Positions 37,600 to 46,563 of a DNA stretch of 61,199 nt are shown here, one piece after another (positions within the stretch are counted from its first letter, which is position 1; every line of letters begins with the position of its first letter). Location: assembly GCA_036258335.1 (NCBI GenBank), contig DATADW010000083.1, positions 1 to 61,199 on the forward strand, written 5' to 3'. The notes below the pieces were generated by a model that had not been told where the DNA came from, searched no databases, and worked only from the letters and a program-made list of their open reading frames with translations. This DNA is from Acidimicrobiia bacterium (GTDB lineage: Bacteria; Actinomycetota; Acidimicrobiia; Spongiisociales; DATADW01). The position numbers were made by a program, and so were the translations under genes.

Positions 37600-39231
37600 A
37601 TGGCTCTACGCGTATCTTCCGGCCTTCTGAGCACTCCGCAGAGGAGCGACCGATCGGCGGTGGAAATGCCTGGTGAACCCGACGATTCCGTTGAGCGTGT
37701 TCGGTCCGCTGAGGTAATAGCGGCGACATGCCTGGCAACCGACCTGGGAATGGGGTTCCCCTTCGAGCATGGCCTCCACACCACCTTGATGGCGATGCGT
37801 CTCGCCGACCTCCTCTCCGTCTCGCCCGAGACGGCTTCGCAGACCTACTACGCGTCGCTGCTCACATATTCGGGATGCACCACCGACGCCGATCTGGCCA
37901 CAGAAGTCTTCGGGGGGAGCGCTCTCGACAACTTGACTCCCCGTCAGTTCGGGTCGGGGGCCGACCACTTCATCGGAGCTGTGAGATCAATGCCCCCTCC
38001 GAATACTTCGGCGTTGCGCCGGCCCTACGAGGTGGCGAGGCGGCTTTCGGTGGGATACCGATTCAGAGAACCCCATTTTGAGGCGATGTGCGAGGTGGCG
38101 GGAATGCTGGCGGAGCGGCTCGGTGTGCCGTCGTCGGTCCATCGGATGTTTTTCAAGCTCACCGAGCGTTGGGACGGCAAGAGCGTGCTACGCCGGGCAA
38201 AAGGAGACGAGGTCCCTCTGCCCATACGTATCACCCACGTCGCCGAGGACGCCGCCTTCCAACGGGTGATCGGAGGCGAGGAGCACGCCGTCGAGACCAT
38301 CCGCAGCCGGGCGGGCCACGCCTTCGATCCGGCCGTTGCCGAGGCTTTCACGCGGCATGCCGATGAGGTCTTCTCGGCGACCGAAGGGGAGTCGGCTTGG
38401 GAGGCGACGCTTCGAGCCGAGCCCAGGCCCCACCTTCATCTCGAGGGTGAGGCGATCGACCGCGCCATCGCTGCCATGGGCGACTTTGCCGACATGGTCT
38501 CGCCGACTTTCACCGGCCACTCGAGAGGTGTTGCCGACCTGGCCGCGGCGGCCGCCTTTGTCAGCGGTTTCGATGGCGATGGCATCACCGGGGTACGGCG
38601 GGCTGCGCTGGTCCACGACTTGGGCCGGGTCGCGGTCCATCCGCGGGTGTGGCTGAAGACGGGCCCGCTAACCGCAGACGACTGGGAGCAGGTCAGGCTG
38701 CATCCCTACCACACCGAGCGGGTGCTCTCCCGCTCCTCTTTCCTAACCCCCATGTCGGGGTCGGCCCGGGCCCATCACGAGCGGCTCGACGGCACCGGGT
38801 ACCACCGAGGGGTATCCGCACCTTCGTTGAGTGCGTCTGATCGGCTCATCGCAGCCGCCGACTCGTTCCGGGCGATGACCGAGTCGAGGCCGCATCGTGG
38901 AGGGGTTGCCCCCGAGGAGGCGGCTCGTCGTCTCGTCGAGGATGCACGGGCCGGCCGGCTCGACGCCGACATGGTGTCGGCGGTGTGCCAAGTAGCCGGG
39001 GAACCGGGACCTCGACCGCTGCGGCCCGCAGGGTTGACGGAGCGAGAGGGTGAGGTGATCGGACTGCTGGGGCGGGGTTTGCAGACCAAGCAGGTAGCTC
39101 GCCGACTCGACATCTCCGTCAAGACCGCCGACCGTCACATTCAGAACGCCTATCGGAAAATGGGGGTGTCGAGTCGGGCTGGTGCGACCCTCTTCGCCGT
39201 GGAGCACGGGCTGATCCCGCCCTCAAGCTGA
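37600..39231 (+). CDS. tandem HD-GYP-type domains (first degenerate) fused to a LuxR-type HTH regulator
   Basis: The second domain has ALVHDLGR and HHERLDGTGYHRG. The first has the same fold signature without HD (CLATDLGMG, KLTERWDGKS). The C-terminal LTEREGEVIGLLGRGLQTKQVARRLDISVKTADRHIQNAYRKMGV is a LuxR HTH. The start may instead be ATG 37666. Confidence 0.8.
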   Translation: MALRVSSGLLSTPQRSDRSAVEMPGEPDDSVERVRSAEVIAATCLATDLGMGFPFEHGLHTTLMAMRLADLLSVSPETASQTYYASLLTYSGCTTDADLATEVFGGSALDNLTPRQFGSGADHFIGAVRSMPPPNTSALRRPYEVARRLSVGYRFREPHFEAMCEVAGMLAERLGVPSSVHRMFFKLTERWDGKSVLRRAKGDEVPLPIRITHVAEDAAFQRVIGGEEHAVETIRSRAGHAFDPAVAEAFTRHADEVFSATEGESAWEATLRAEPRPHLHLEGEAIDRAIAAMGDFADMVSPTFTGHSRGVADLAAAAAFVSGFDGDGITGVRRAALVHDLGRVAVHPRVWLKTGPLTADDWEQVRLHPYHTERVLSRSSFLTPMSGSARAHHERLDGTGYHRGVSAPSLSASDRLIAAADSFRAMTESRPHRGGVAPEEAARRLVEDARAGRLDADMVSAVCQVAGEPGPRPLRPAGLTEREGEVIGLLGRGLQTKQVARRLDISVKTADRHIQNAYRKMGVSSRAGATLFAVEHGLIPPSS

Positions 39232-39352
39232 GGCTGGAACGCCGGGTGGGGAGCCCTACTGGGCGAACCGAAGTCAATAGCCGACGAGGATGGCGCCTCG
39301 CACCACTGCCGGAATCAGCCCATCAACGGTAGGAAAGCCGGGGACATCTGCT

Positions 39353-40240
39353 TCACCCCGCGAGGATCGTGTTCAGCGCCTCGCCGAAGGCTGCGGGCTG
39401 CTCTGCGATGGGGAGGTGGCCGGCGTCATCAATAGGAAACAGCGGCCAGCCGAATTTCCGACTCGCCCTCTCAGCGATCCCGAACTTCATCACTCGGTCA
39501 TGGCGGCCCCAGACCAGCGATACCGGCACCGCAATACGCCGCAGCTCGTCGTCGTGGATTCGCTTCGTTCCCAGCGTGCGCAGGAGGGTTCGGTTGGCGG
39601 CGCGCACCGTCGGCTGCTTGGCCCGTTCCATTTGATAGTCGAGTAATGCTGTCATCCGCTCACCCATCTGGGCCCGAACCCGCTGTGCGTCGTAAAAGAT
39701 CACCTCCTGCATCTTCTGCGCAGTGGTGAGGTTCGGGGCTCTCGAGAATCGGATGAGAGCAAGCAGCACCGAGGGCGCAGGCCGGAACGCGCCCAGTGAA
39801 CCGGAGTCCATCAGGATGAGCTTGACGAGCCCGTCTGGCTGGTGGATGGCAAAACGCGCCGCGATGCTCCCGCCGAGCGATGCGCCAAACAGGATCGGCG
39901 GTTGGTCGCAGGTATCGGCGACGAGCTCGCGCAGCCAATCGATGACTCGGCTTGGGTCAAGCGGGCCGTTACTGATCTCGGAGCGTCCCAGCCCGGGCAG
40001 GTCGGGTACTACAACCCGGTAGCGGTCGACGAGCTGCGCGGCCATTCCACCCATGAACGCTCCGAAGCCGCCCTGACCGTGGAGCAGGACCATCGGCGGG
40101 CCTTCACCGCCCTCCAATACAACCGTCGAAACCTTCGCGAGAGCAAGTCTCCTCTCGACCAATGGAAGGCCATCCATCGCCCGCGCTGCAAGCCGGTCCG
40201 CGTCCATGGCGTCCCTAGTGCTTGATGTGACCTGATCCAT
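39353..40240 (-). CDS. alpha/beta hydrolase
   Basis: HGQGG oxyanion region, nucleophile elbow GASLGG and a C-terminal His (DAGHLPIAEQP). Confidence 0.75.
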   Translation of the reverse strand: MDQVTSSTRDAMDADRLAARAMDGLPLVERRLALAKVSTVVLEGGEGPPMVLLHGQGGFGAFMGGMAAQLVDRYRVVVPDLPGLGRSEISNGPLDPSRVIDWLRELVADTCDQPPILFGASLGGSIAARFAIHQPDGLVKLILMDSGSLGAFRPAPSVLLALIRFSRAPNLTTAQKMQEVIFYDAQRVRAQMGERMTALLDYQMERAKQPTVRAANRTLLRTLGTKRIHDDELRRIAVPVSLVWGRHDRVMKFGIAERASRKFGWPLFPIDDAGHLPIAEQPAAFGEALNTILAG

Positions 40241-40264
40241 CTCGCTCTCCTCTCTCCGAGGAGG

Positions 40265-40309
40265 ACGCTATGGGTCGTAGCGCCTTTTGGCTATTGGGAG
40301 TTCTCCCCA
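40265..40309 (-). promoter_or_regulatory. promoter-operator block, copy 3 (alpha/beta hydrolase promoter)
   Basis: The minus strand reads TGGGGAGAACTCCC AATAGCCA N17 TAGCGT. The -10-like hexamer ends 24 nt before ATG 40240. Confidence 0.5.
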
Positions 40310-40384
40310 GGGCCCGCGCGTCCGGTGGCGAATTGGGTGACTCCCGCACCGGGCGACACCGCGGAAAACCTCGAGCCCGGAGCA

Positions 40385-41695
40385 TCAAGTCTCCGAGGTT
40401 GCCGCCTCCTCAAGCGCCTCGCGCAGTAGCTCGAAACCCTCGTCGGCTTCCGACTCGGTGAGAGACAGAGGCGGGGCGATACGGAGGACGTTGCCGTGGA
40501 GGCCACCCTTCCCAATCAACAGACCGCGTTGTTTGGTTCCCTCCATCACCGCCGCCGCCGCTTCCGCGTTGGGCTCGCGACTACCAGGACGAACGAGCTC
40601 GACGCCGATCATGAGGCCTTTGCCCCGCACCTCGCCCACGATGGGGATCTCCTCTACTAATGGGTCGATCCGGGCGCGTAGGTGGTTCCCCACCTTGTGG
40701 GCGTTGGTCTGCAGGTCGTGCTCCAGCATGTAATCGAGGTTTGCCAGCGCCCCCGCCATGACCAGCGGGTTGCCCCCGAATGTCGAGATTGAATTTGCCC
40801 CGATCGAGTCCATCACCTCGGCTCGGGCGATGACTCCTCCGATCGCCAGGCCATTTCCGGCACCCTTGGCAAACGTCAAGATGTCGGGAACGACGCCGTG
40901 AGCCTCGATACCCCAGAAGTTCTCCCCGGTTCGACCCCAGCCGGTCTGCACCTCGTCTGCGACAAGGAGGATCCCGCTCTCGTCGAGCACCTCCTTCATT
41001 GCCCCGAGGAGCCCGTCCGGTGGGGTGGCGAATCCACCAACTCCCTGGATGGGTTCGGCGATGAGACAGGCGACATCGCCGCTGGTGGCGACATCGAGCA
41101 TGTCGCGAAGGTCGGCGACACACGCCGCGACGTACTCGGCATCCGGAAGATGACCAAAAGGAGAGCGGTACCGGTAGCCACCGTGGACATACGTGACCTG
41201 GAGCGGGGAGAAGCTCGAAGCTGACCAGGAACGGTTCCCGGTGATCGCCATCGAGGAGTACGACCTCCCGTGGTAGCTGTTTCGCAGCGCCAGCACCTGG
41301 TTGGACCGCCGGTAGGTGGTGGCGAGCAGCAGGGCGGTGTCGTTGGCTTCGGTCCCCGAGTTGGTGAAGAACACCTTGGCATCGGGGATGGGGGAGAGGG
41401 CGGCGATCCGCTCCGCCAGCTCGACCTGCTGCTCGATCAGGTAGAGAGTCGAGGTGTGGAGCATCCGCCCGGCCTGCTCCCGTATCGCTTCGACAACCCC
41501 GGGCACCTTGTATCCCGAGATGGTGGTGAGGATCCCGCCGAAGAAGTCGAGGTACTCCCGCCCCTCGGCGTCGCGCACCCGACGCCCGTCACCATCGACC
41601 AGCGCGATCGGCTGTTGGTAATAGAGCGCCAGCCACGACGGGAGCACGCGGCGGTGACGCTGCAACAGACTCACGTGGATACCTGGCTCGGTCAT
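40385..41695 (-). CDS. class-III PLP aminotransferase (beta-alanine/omega-amino acid:pyruvate type)
   Basis: FTNSGTEAND, ADEVQTGWGRTG and TFAKGAGNG (PLP Lys). 436 aa. Confidence 0.85.
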   Translation of the reverse strand: MTEPGIHVSLLQRHRRVLPSWLALYYQQPIALVDGDGRRVRDAEGREYLDFFGGILTTISGYKVPGVVEAIREQAGRMLHTSTLYLIEQQVELAERIAALSPIPDAKVFFTNSGTEANDTALLLATTYRRSNQVLALRNSYHGRSYSSMAITGNRSWSASSFSPLQVTYVHGGYRYRSPFGHLPDAEYVAACVADLRDMLDVATSGDVACLIAEPIQGVGGFATPPDGLLGAMKEVLDESGILLVADEVQTGWGRTGENFWGIEAHGVVPDILTFAKGAGNGLAIGGVIARAEVMDSIGANSISTFGGNPLVMAGALANLDYMLEHDLQTNAHKVGNHLRARIDPLVEEIPIVGEVRGKGLMIGVELVRPGSREPNAEAAAAVMEGTKQRGLLIGKGGLHGNVLRIAPPLSLTESEADEGFELLREALEEAATSET

Positions 41696-41774
41696 GGCTT
41701 TGGCCTCCTCCCCTCGAAGCTAGTTCCGGTGCGCCCGGAGCCGCCAGCCACGACTACGGTGGCGAACAGAACCA

Positions 41775-41936
41775 ATGGGCTGGCTGATCCTCCTCGTAGC
41801 AATAGCGCTGGTCGTGTTCGGAGTGGGGTTCTTCTTCACCGCTCTCCGATGGTTGTTGATTGTCGGGGCCGTGCTGCTGGTGATTGGACTCGTCACCGGG
41901 TGGCTGCGCCGCAGTAACGAACCGCCGACTTCCTGA
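41775..41936 (+). CDS. possible small two-TM membrane protein (53 aa)
   Basis: Below the ORF-track size cutoff. The open frame atg...tga encodes MGWLILLVAIALVVFGVGFFFTALRWLLIVGAVLLVIGLVTGWLRRSNEPPTS. No clear SD. It lies between two minus-strand genes. Confidence 0.3.
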   Translation: MGWLILLVAIALVVFGVGFFFTALRWLLIVGAVLLVIGLVTGWLRRSNEPPTS

Positions 41937-41958
41937 TTCCGGCTGCCCCCTAGGCCTC

Positions 41959-42885
41959 TCAGCCCCCGGCCTCGACCAGGATGCCGCCCGAACCGGTGTC
42001 GATGGTGATGGTGCGCTCCGCCGACGGGTCGTTTACCACTCCCTCGAGGGTCTCGGACCCGGATGAGCTGTCCATGGCTATGGCGTAGGTGCCCTCGGGC
42101 ACCGTGATCTCGACGCTCCCCGACCCGGTGGACACCTCGACCATATCCGGCGCCGAGGCGAACTCGAGGTCGACTCCGCCCGATCCGGTGTCGGCAGTGA
42201 TCGAGGTGACGACCAGGGCGGATCCGTCGACGCTCCCCGAGCCGGTGTCGGCCGAGACCTCGCCGCCCACACCCTCGAGGTCGACACCACCGGAGCCGGT
42301 GTCGAACCTTCCCCCTGCGGTCATGCCGTTGATGTCGATGCCCCCCGACCCGGTGTCGACCTCCAGGGCGACGTCGGCAGGGGCGGTGATCACGTAGTCG
42401 GCCCCGCAGCCACCGATGAGAAACCCGCCGCCCTCGCACCGCACCGACAGGGTGAGCACCCCGTCCTCGACCTGCTCTATGACTTCGGGGCGCTCGTCGC
42501 CGTAGCTCAAGGTTCGCTCCACGTGGACTATCTCCCCACCCGCGTTCACCTCGACCTCGCCCGACGGCGTGTCCACCATGATCCGGCTGATCGGCTCGGC
42601 GAAGTCGGCCTGCTCGGTAACCTTGGTAGCCGGTCCAAACCCTGCCCCACCGGTGAAGGCGAGCACGGCGGTGATGACCGCGCCGGCGATGATCAGCGGG
42701 GTAGTCCCACCCTCGGAACGGGCCAGTGCCAGAAGGGCAATGCCGACACCGATGAGGGCTACGGCGAGGACCATCTCCCATTGGATGTCGACGCCCACTG
42801 CCGACAGGAGCCAGACGACCCCGGCGAGCAAAACCAACCCGCCGGCGACGAGGGTGCCCTGCCCCAACCCGGGCCGATCGGTCAT
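41959..42885 (-). CDS. DUF4097-type beta-strand repeat protein with N-terminal TM segments
   Basis: Repeated DTGSGG(I/V)D motifs (6 copies) follow two or three TM helices. ATG 42885 lies 2 nt after the upstream stop. Confidence 0.75.
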   Translation of the reverse strand: MTDRPGLGQGTLVAGGLVLLAGVVWLLSAVGVDIQWEMVLAVALIGVGIALLALARSEGGTTPLIIAGAVITAVLAFTGGAGFGPATKVTEQADFAEPISRIMVDTPSGEVEVNAGGEIVHVERTLSYGDERPEVIEQVEDGVLTLSVRCEGGGFLIGGCGADYVITAPADVALEVDTGSGGIDINGMTAGGRFDTGSGGVDLEGVGGEVSADTGSGSVDGSALVVTSITADTGSGGVDLEFASAPDMVEVSTGSGSVEITVPEGTYAIAMDSSSGSETLEGVVNDPSAERTITIDTGSGGILVEAGG

Positions 42886-42887
42886 GG

Positions 42888-43730
42888 CTACGGAGCCACC
42901 AGGTCGCCGTAGGCGTCCGGGCGGCGGTCTCGGTAGAAGGCCCACGTCGTGCGGACCTGATCGACCATGTCCAGGTCGAGGTCGCGTACCACCAGCTCCT
43001 CGTCGGCGTCCGAGGCGGCATCACCGACCAGCTGGCCCCTCGGGTCGCAGAAGTACGACGATCCGTAGAAGTCGTTGTCGCCGAACGGCTCGGTCCCCAC
43101 CCGGTTGATGGCGGCGACAAAGTACTCGTTGGCGACGGCGGCGGCGGGCTGCTCCAGGTTCCATAGGTACATGGAAAGCCCACGGCTCGTGGCCGAGGGG
43201 TTGAACACGATCTTGGCGCCCTTGAGCCCCAGGGCGCGCCAGCCCTCGGGGAAGTGGCGGTCGTAGCAGACATAAACCCCGATCCGGCCTACCGCCGTGT
43301 CGAAGATGGGATAACCGAGGTTGCCCGGCCGGAAGTAGTACTTCTCGAAAAACCCTTTGACGTGCGGGATGTGCGTCTTGCGGTACTTGCCGAGGTAGCT
43401 GCCGTCGGCGTCGATCACCGCCGCGGTGTTGTAGAAGAACCCGGCGTCCTCCTCCTCGAAAATCGGAAGGACAAGCACCATCCCGGTCTCTTTGGCCAGG
43501 TCCTGCATCAGCTTGGTCGTGGGGCCGTCGGGTATGGGCTCGGCGTACCCGAAGTGCTCGTCGTCCTGCACCTGGCAGAAGTAGGGACTGGAGAACAGCT
43601 CTTGGAAGCACATCACCCGGGCACCTTGCGCTGCGGCGTCGCGGGCATACTTGACCGACTTCTCGATCATCGATTCCTTGTCGCCGGTCCATTCGGTCTG
43701 CACCACGGCAGCGCGCACGACATTCGCCAT
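42888..43730 (-). CDS. beta-ureidopropionase / N-carbamoyl-amino-acid amidohydrolase (nitrilase superfamily)
   Basis: Glu-Lys-Cys triad context: CFQELF, YRKTHIP, VYVCYDRHFPE. Confidence 0.85.
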   Translation of the reverse strand: MANVVRAAVVQTEWTGDKESMIEKSVKYARDAAAQGARVMCFQELFSSPYFCQVQDDEHFGYAEPIPDGPTTKLMQDLAKETGMVLVLPIFEEEDAGFFYNTAAVIDADGSYLGKYRKTHIPHVKGFFEKYYFRPGNLGYPIFDTAVGRIGVYVCYDRHFPEGWRALGLKGAKIVFNPSATSRGLSMYLWNLEQPAAAVANEYFVAAINRVGTEPFGDNDFYGSSYFCDPRGQLVGDAASDADEELVVRDLDLDMVDQVRTTWAFYRDRRPDAYGDLVAP

Positions 43731-43789
43731 GATCGGTCTCCTCGGGCTACTCGCCGACCCTACTCAACTGGAAGGAGGGGATAGTCGGC

Positions 43790-44371
43790 TCACTCCGATG
43801 GGGCTTGGGTCGACCCCCCGAAAAGCCGGCGGAAGAACCGGCCGATCGAGGCGAAGAGCGAGGCGAAGAAGAGTGATATCCCCTTTACCTCGGGGGCGCT
43901 GACTTCGGCGGCGGCGGCTGCCGACGGGGCTGCCAGCTTGCCCTCCAAGCAGTTGACGAAGTCACCGATGAGGCGCTGTGACATCTCGTTTATCAGCCCG
44001 GTGCGGCCGAACTGCGCTGCTGCACCCGAGAGGAGCACATCGGCGTCGATCGCTACCGCGGTCCCGCCATCCGTCTCAGCCAGTCGGTAGTCGACCGTTA
44101 CCTGTCCCCGGCTCCCGCCACGACGATCGACGCCCTTCCCCTTGATGGAGGCCGTGCGGTTCGCCTCATCCGGGGTGACGGTGGCCTCGCCTTCGAAGGT
44201 GGCGGTCAGGGGGCCCAGCTTGACCCCCAGCTTGCCTGCATAGACGCCATCGCCCTTGTCATCGGTGATTTCGGCACCCGGCAGACACTGTGCGACCGAG
44301 GGGACGTCCTGGAAGAAGTCCCACACCTGCTCGATGGGTCGTTGCACCTCGAACTCGTGAGTGATCTTCAC
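43790..44371 (-). CDS. CoxG-like SRPBCC protein
   Basis: MKITHEFEVQRPIEQVWDFFQDVPSVAQCLPGAE is the typical CoxG N-terminus. Confidence 0.75.
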   Translation of the reverse strand: MKITHEFEVQRPIEQVWDFFQDVPSVAQCLPGAEITDDKGDGVYAGKLGVKLGPLTATFEGEATVTPDEANRTASIKGKGVDRRGGSRGQVTVDYRLAETDGGTAVAIDADVLLSGAAAQFGRTGLINEMSQRLIGDFVNCLEGKLAAPSAAAAAEVSAPEVKGISLFFASLFASIGRFFRRLFGGSTQAPSE

Positions 44372-44442
44372 TCGATGCTCCTGGCGGAAGGGCGCACCCT
44401 ACCGACTGGGAGCATGTCCCGCCCTGGCAGAGCGTTGTCCCG

Positions 44443-44733
44443 TCAGGTCGAGGCGTATCCTTGGATCCTGGAGCGGTTGCCCCATGCGCCCCCCGCCCAG
44501 CTGGCGATATCGGCGGCGATTGCCAGACCCAGCCAGATCCAATCGAACCCGCTTATGCCCAGCGGGAACACAGAGACGTACATGAGAGTGGTCCAAGGCG
44601 CGAATACGAAACCGATGAGCGGCCAGATGAACGTGTCGAAGGTGAGCGACCAGCGTGCCGGGTCGATCAGACCCCAAATGAGGATGCCGGCACGCGGTCC
44701 GAGGAACAGCAGGACTGTGAAGATGCAACACAT
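44443..44733 (-). CDS. small membrane protein
   Basis: From ATG 44733 the product reads MCCIFTVLLFLGPRAGILIWGLIDPARW, with 3 hydrophobic segments. No family recognised. Confidence 0.5.
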   Translation of the reverse strand: MCCIFTVLLFLGPRAGILIWGLIDPARWSLTFDTFIWPLIGFVFAPWTTLMYVSVFPLGISGFDWIWLGLAIAADIASWAGGAWGNRSRIQGYAST

Positions 44734-44801
44734 GTCGCCGATGTCTAGTCGGTGCCGGTGGATCGATGTCGGCAATACGGGGTGAGAAGAATGAAGGCAC
44801 G

Positions 44802-45749
44802 ATGACGGCTACCAACGATCGGGGCGTTACTCCCAAGGGCGAACTGGTGTGGATCGCCGGCGGGGAGTTCACCATGGGGTCCGACCGGCACTATCCGGAG
44901 GAGCGGCCGGCGCGCCGCGTATTGGTCGACGGGTTCTGGATCGACCGCTACCAGGTGACGAACGATGACTTCGCCGACTTCGTCGCCGACACCGGTCATG
45001 TCACCGTCGCCGAGCGCCCCCCCGATGCCGCTGATTACCCGGGCGCCATCCCCGAGCTACTCGTGGCCGCTTCGATGGTCTTCGTCAATCCCGCGCGCAA
45101 GGTGGACCTGCGCAACCACTACAACTGGTGGGCATGGGTTCCCGGCGCCGATTGGCGTCATCCCCAGGGAGCGGACAGCGCTATCGAGGACAAGGGCGAC
45201 CACCCAGTGGTCCATGTCGCCTGGGACGACGTCGTCGCCTACGCCGCCTGGGCCGACAAGGAGCTTCCAACCGAGGCAGAGTGGGAGTTCGCCAGCCGGG
45301 GCGGGCTCGATGGCGCCGAGTACGCCTGGGGTGATGAGCTCAATCCGGACGATCGATGGATGGCCAACACATGGCAAGGTGATTTTCCGGTGGTCAACGA
45401 GGGACTCGACGGTTTCGAGGGGACCGCCCCGGTGGGATCGTTTCCTGCAAACGGATATGGGTTGTTCGACATGACCGGAAACGTCTGGGAGTGGACCGCA
45501 GACTGGTATCAGGTGATGCGGGAACCGAAGGCAAGCTGTTGCGTGCCCCGCAATCCTCGAGGCGGGGAAGTGGCGCAGAGCCACGACCCGGACATGGCCG
45601 ACATCCCGATCCCGCGCAAGGTGATCAAGGGAGGTTCCCACCTCTGTGCCCCCAACTACTGCCGGAGATACCGGCCGGCGGCGCGCATGGCACAGGCGGT
45701 CGACACCTCGACCAGTCACCTCGGCTTCCGCCTGATCTCGCGCGCCTGA
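44802..45749 (+). CDS. formylglycine-generating enzyme (SUMF1/FGE-sulfatase domain)
   Basis: WIDRYQVTNDDF, GNVWEWTADWY and KGGSHLCAPNYCRRYRPAAR. Confidence 0.85.
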   Translation: MTATNDRGVTPKGELVWIAGGEFTMGSDRHYPEERPARRVLVDGFWIDRYQVTNDDFADFVADTGHVTVAERPPDAADYPGAIPELLVAASMVFVNPARKVDLRNHYNWWAWVPGADWRHPQGADSAIEDKGDHPVVHVAWDDVVAYAAWADKELPTEAEWEFASRGGLDGAEYAWGDELNPDDRWMANTWQGDFPVVNEGLDGFEGTAPVGSFPANGYGLFDMTGNVWEWTADWYQVMREPKASCCVPRNPRGGEVAQSHDPDMADIPIPRKVIKGGSHLCAPNYCRRYRPAARMAQAVDTSTSHLGFRLISRA

Positions 45750-45750
45750 G

Positions 45751-45778
45751 ACCGGAAGGCGGAAGGCGAAAGACGGAA
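45751..45778 (+). repeat. heptamer array, forward (accggaa ggcggaa ggcgaaa gacggaa)
   Basis: Read directly. It starts 2 nt after the FGE stop. Confidence 0.8.
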
Positions 45779-45845
45779 GTCAACCCGTTGGGTCACCGAC
45801 GGTTCAGAGCCCCCCAGCGCAATCTGGACGAGTCCCCCCGTCATG

Positions 45846-45887
45846 GTCTGCCGTCTGCCGTCTCCCGTCTGCCGTCTCCCGTCTGCA
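45846..45887 (-). repeat. heptamer array, inverted, 6 units (gtctgcc/gtctccc)
   Basis: Read directly. It is separated from the forward array by a 67-bp spacer. Confidence 0.85.
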
Positions 45888-45990
45888 GGATTATGGTTTC
45901 GTCAGTGCGCTTCGGCTTGAATGAGCGTGAGCGACCCGCCAAAGGGACCGTGTCGACGCGGAGTCGCTGTCACCAGCGACGGGAGGACCC

Positions 45991-46410
45991 ATGACCGAAG
46001 ACCAGTACGTAACCGAGTACCGAGAGCCCAGCCCCGGCGCTGCGGGCCTGATCATCTTTGCCGGAACCCTCATGATCATGATCGGGATCTTCCACGCGAT
46101 CTCGGGGTTCGTGGCTCTCATCCAGAGCGACTTCTACGTGGTGGCTCCGAACCACATCTTCGAGTTCGACGCGACGAGTTGGGGATGGATCCACCTGATC
46201 GCCGGCATTGTCGTGCTGCTCGCCGGGTTCGGGGTGCTCGCCGGGCAGACATGGGCGCGCGTGGTGGGGATCATTGTCGCGACGGTCAGCGCCATCGCCA
46301 ACTTCATGTTCATCCCCTATTACCCCATCTGGTCCATACTGATAATCGCCCTGGACGTGTTCGTCATCTGGGCCTTGGCGGTGCACGGCCGGGAGTTCGC
46401 CTCGGCTTGA
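45991..46410 (+). CDS. conserved actinobacterial 4-TM membrane protein
   Basis: GGGAGG lies before the ATG. AGLIIFAGTLMIMIGIFHAISGFVALIQSDFYVV...WGWIHLIAGIVVLLAGFGVL matches a recurrent actinobacterial family. I recall the name as DUF7144 but am unsure. Confidence 0.65.
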   Translation: MTEDQYVTEYREPSPGAAGLIIFAGTLMIMIGIFHAISGFVALIQSDFYVVAPNHIFEFDATSWGWIHLIAGIVVLLAGFGVLAGQTWARVVGIIVATVSAIANFMFIPYYPIWSILIIALDVFVIWALAVHGREFASA

Positions 46411-46563
46411 ACCCGAGTTTGTGACGGAGGGCCGGGGCGGCACCGGCCCTCCGCATTAGCATCTCGCTCCGGACTCCACTGGAGGCGCCCGCTGAACGAC
46501 CCCGACGGGCCAGGCATCCAACGCGCCGAGCGCCACTCCACCAGGCTTCTCATCATCGTCGGG

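Noticed and set aside
37553-37630. Small ATG-initiated ORFs inside the conserved promoter-operator block: MGRRLARLSGVLPNPTWLYAYLPAF at 37553, and track ORF 40270..40461 starting MGRSAFWLLGVLP.
   Set aside because: The similarity is at nucleotide level and stops right after the block. The downstream peptide sequences are unrelated, and the block reads more coherently as a -35/-10 plus dyad on the opposite strand.
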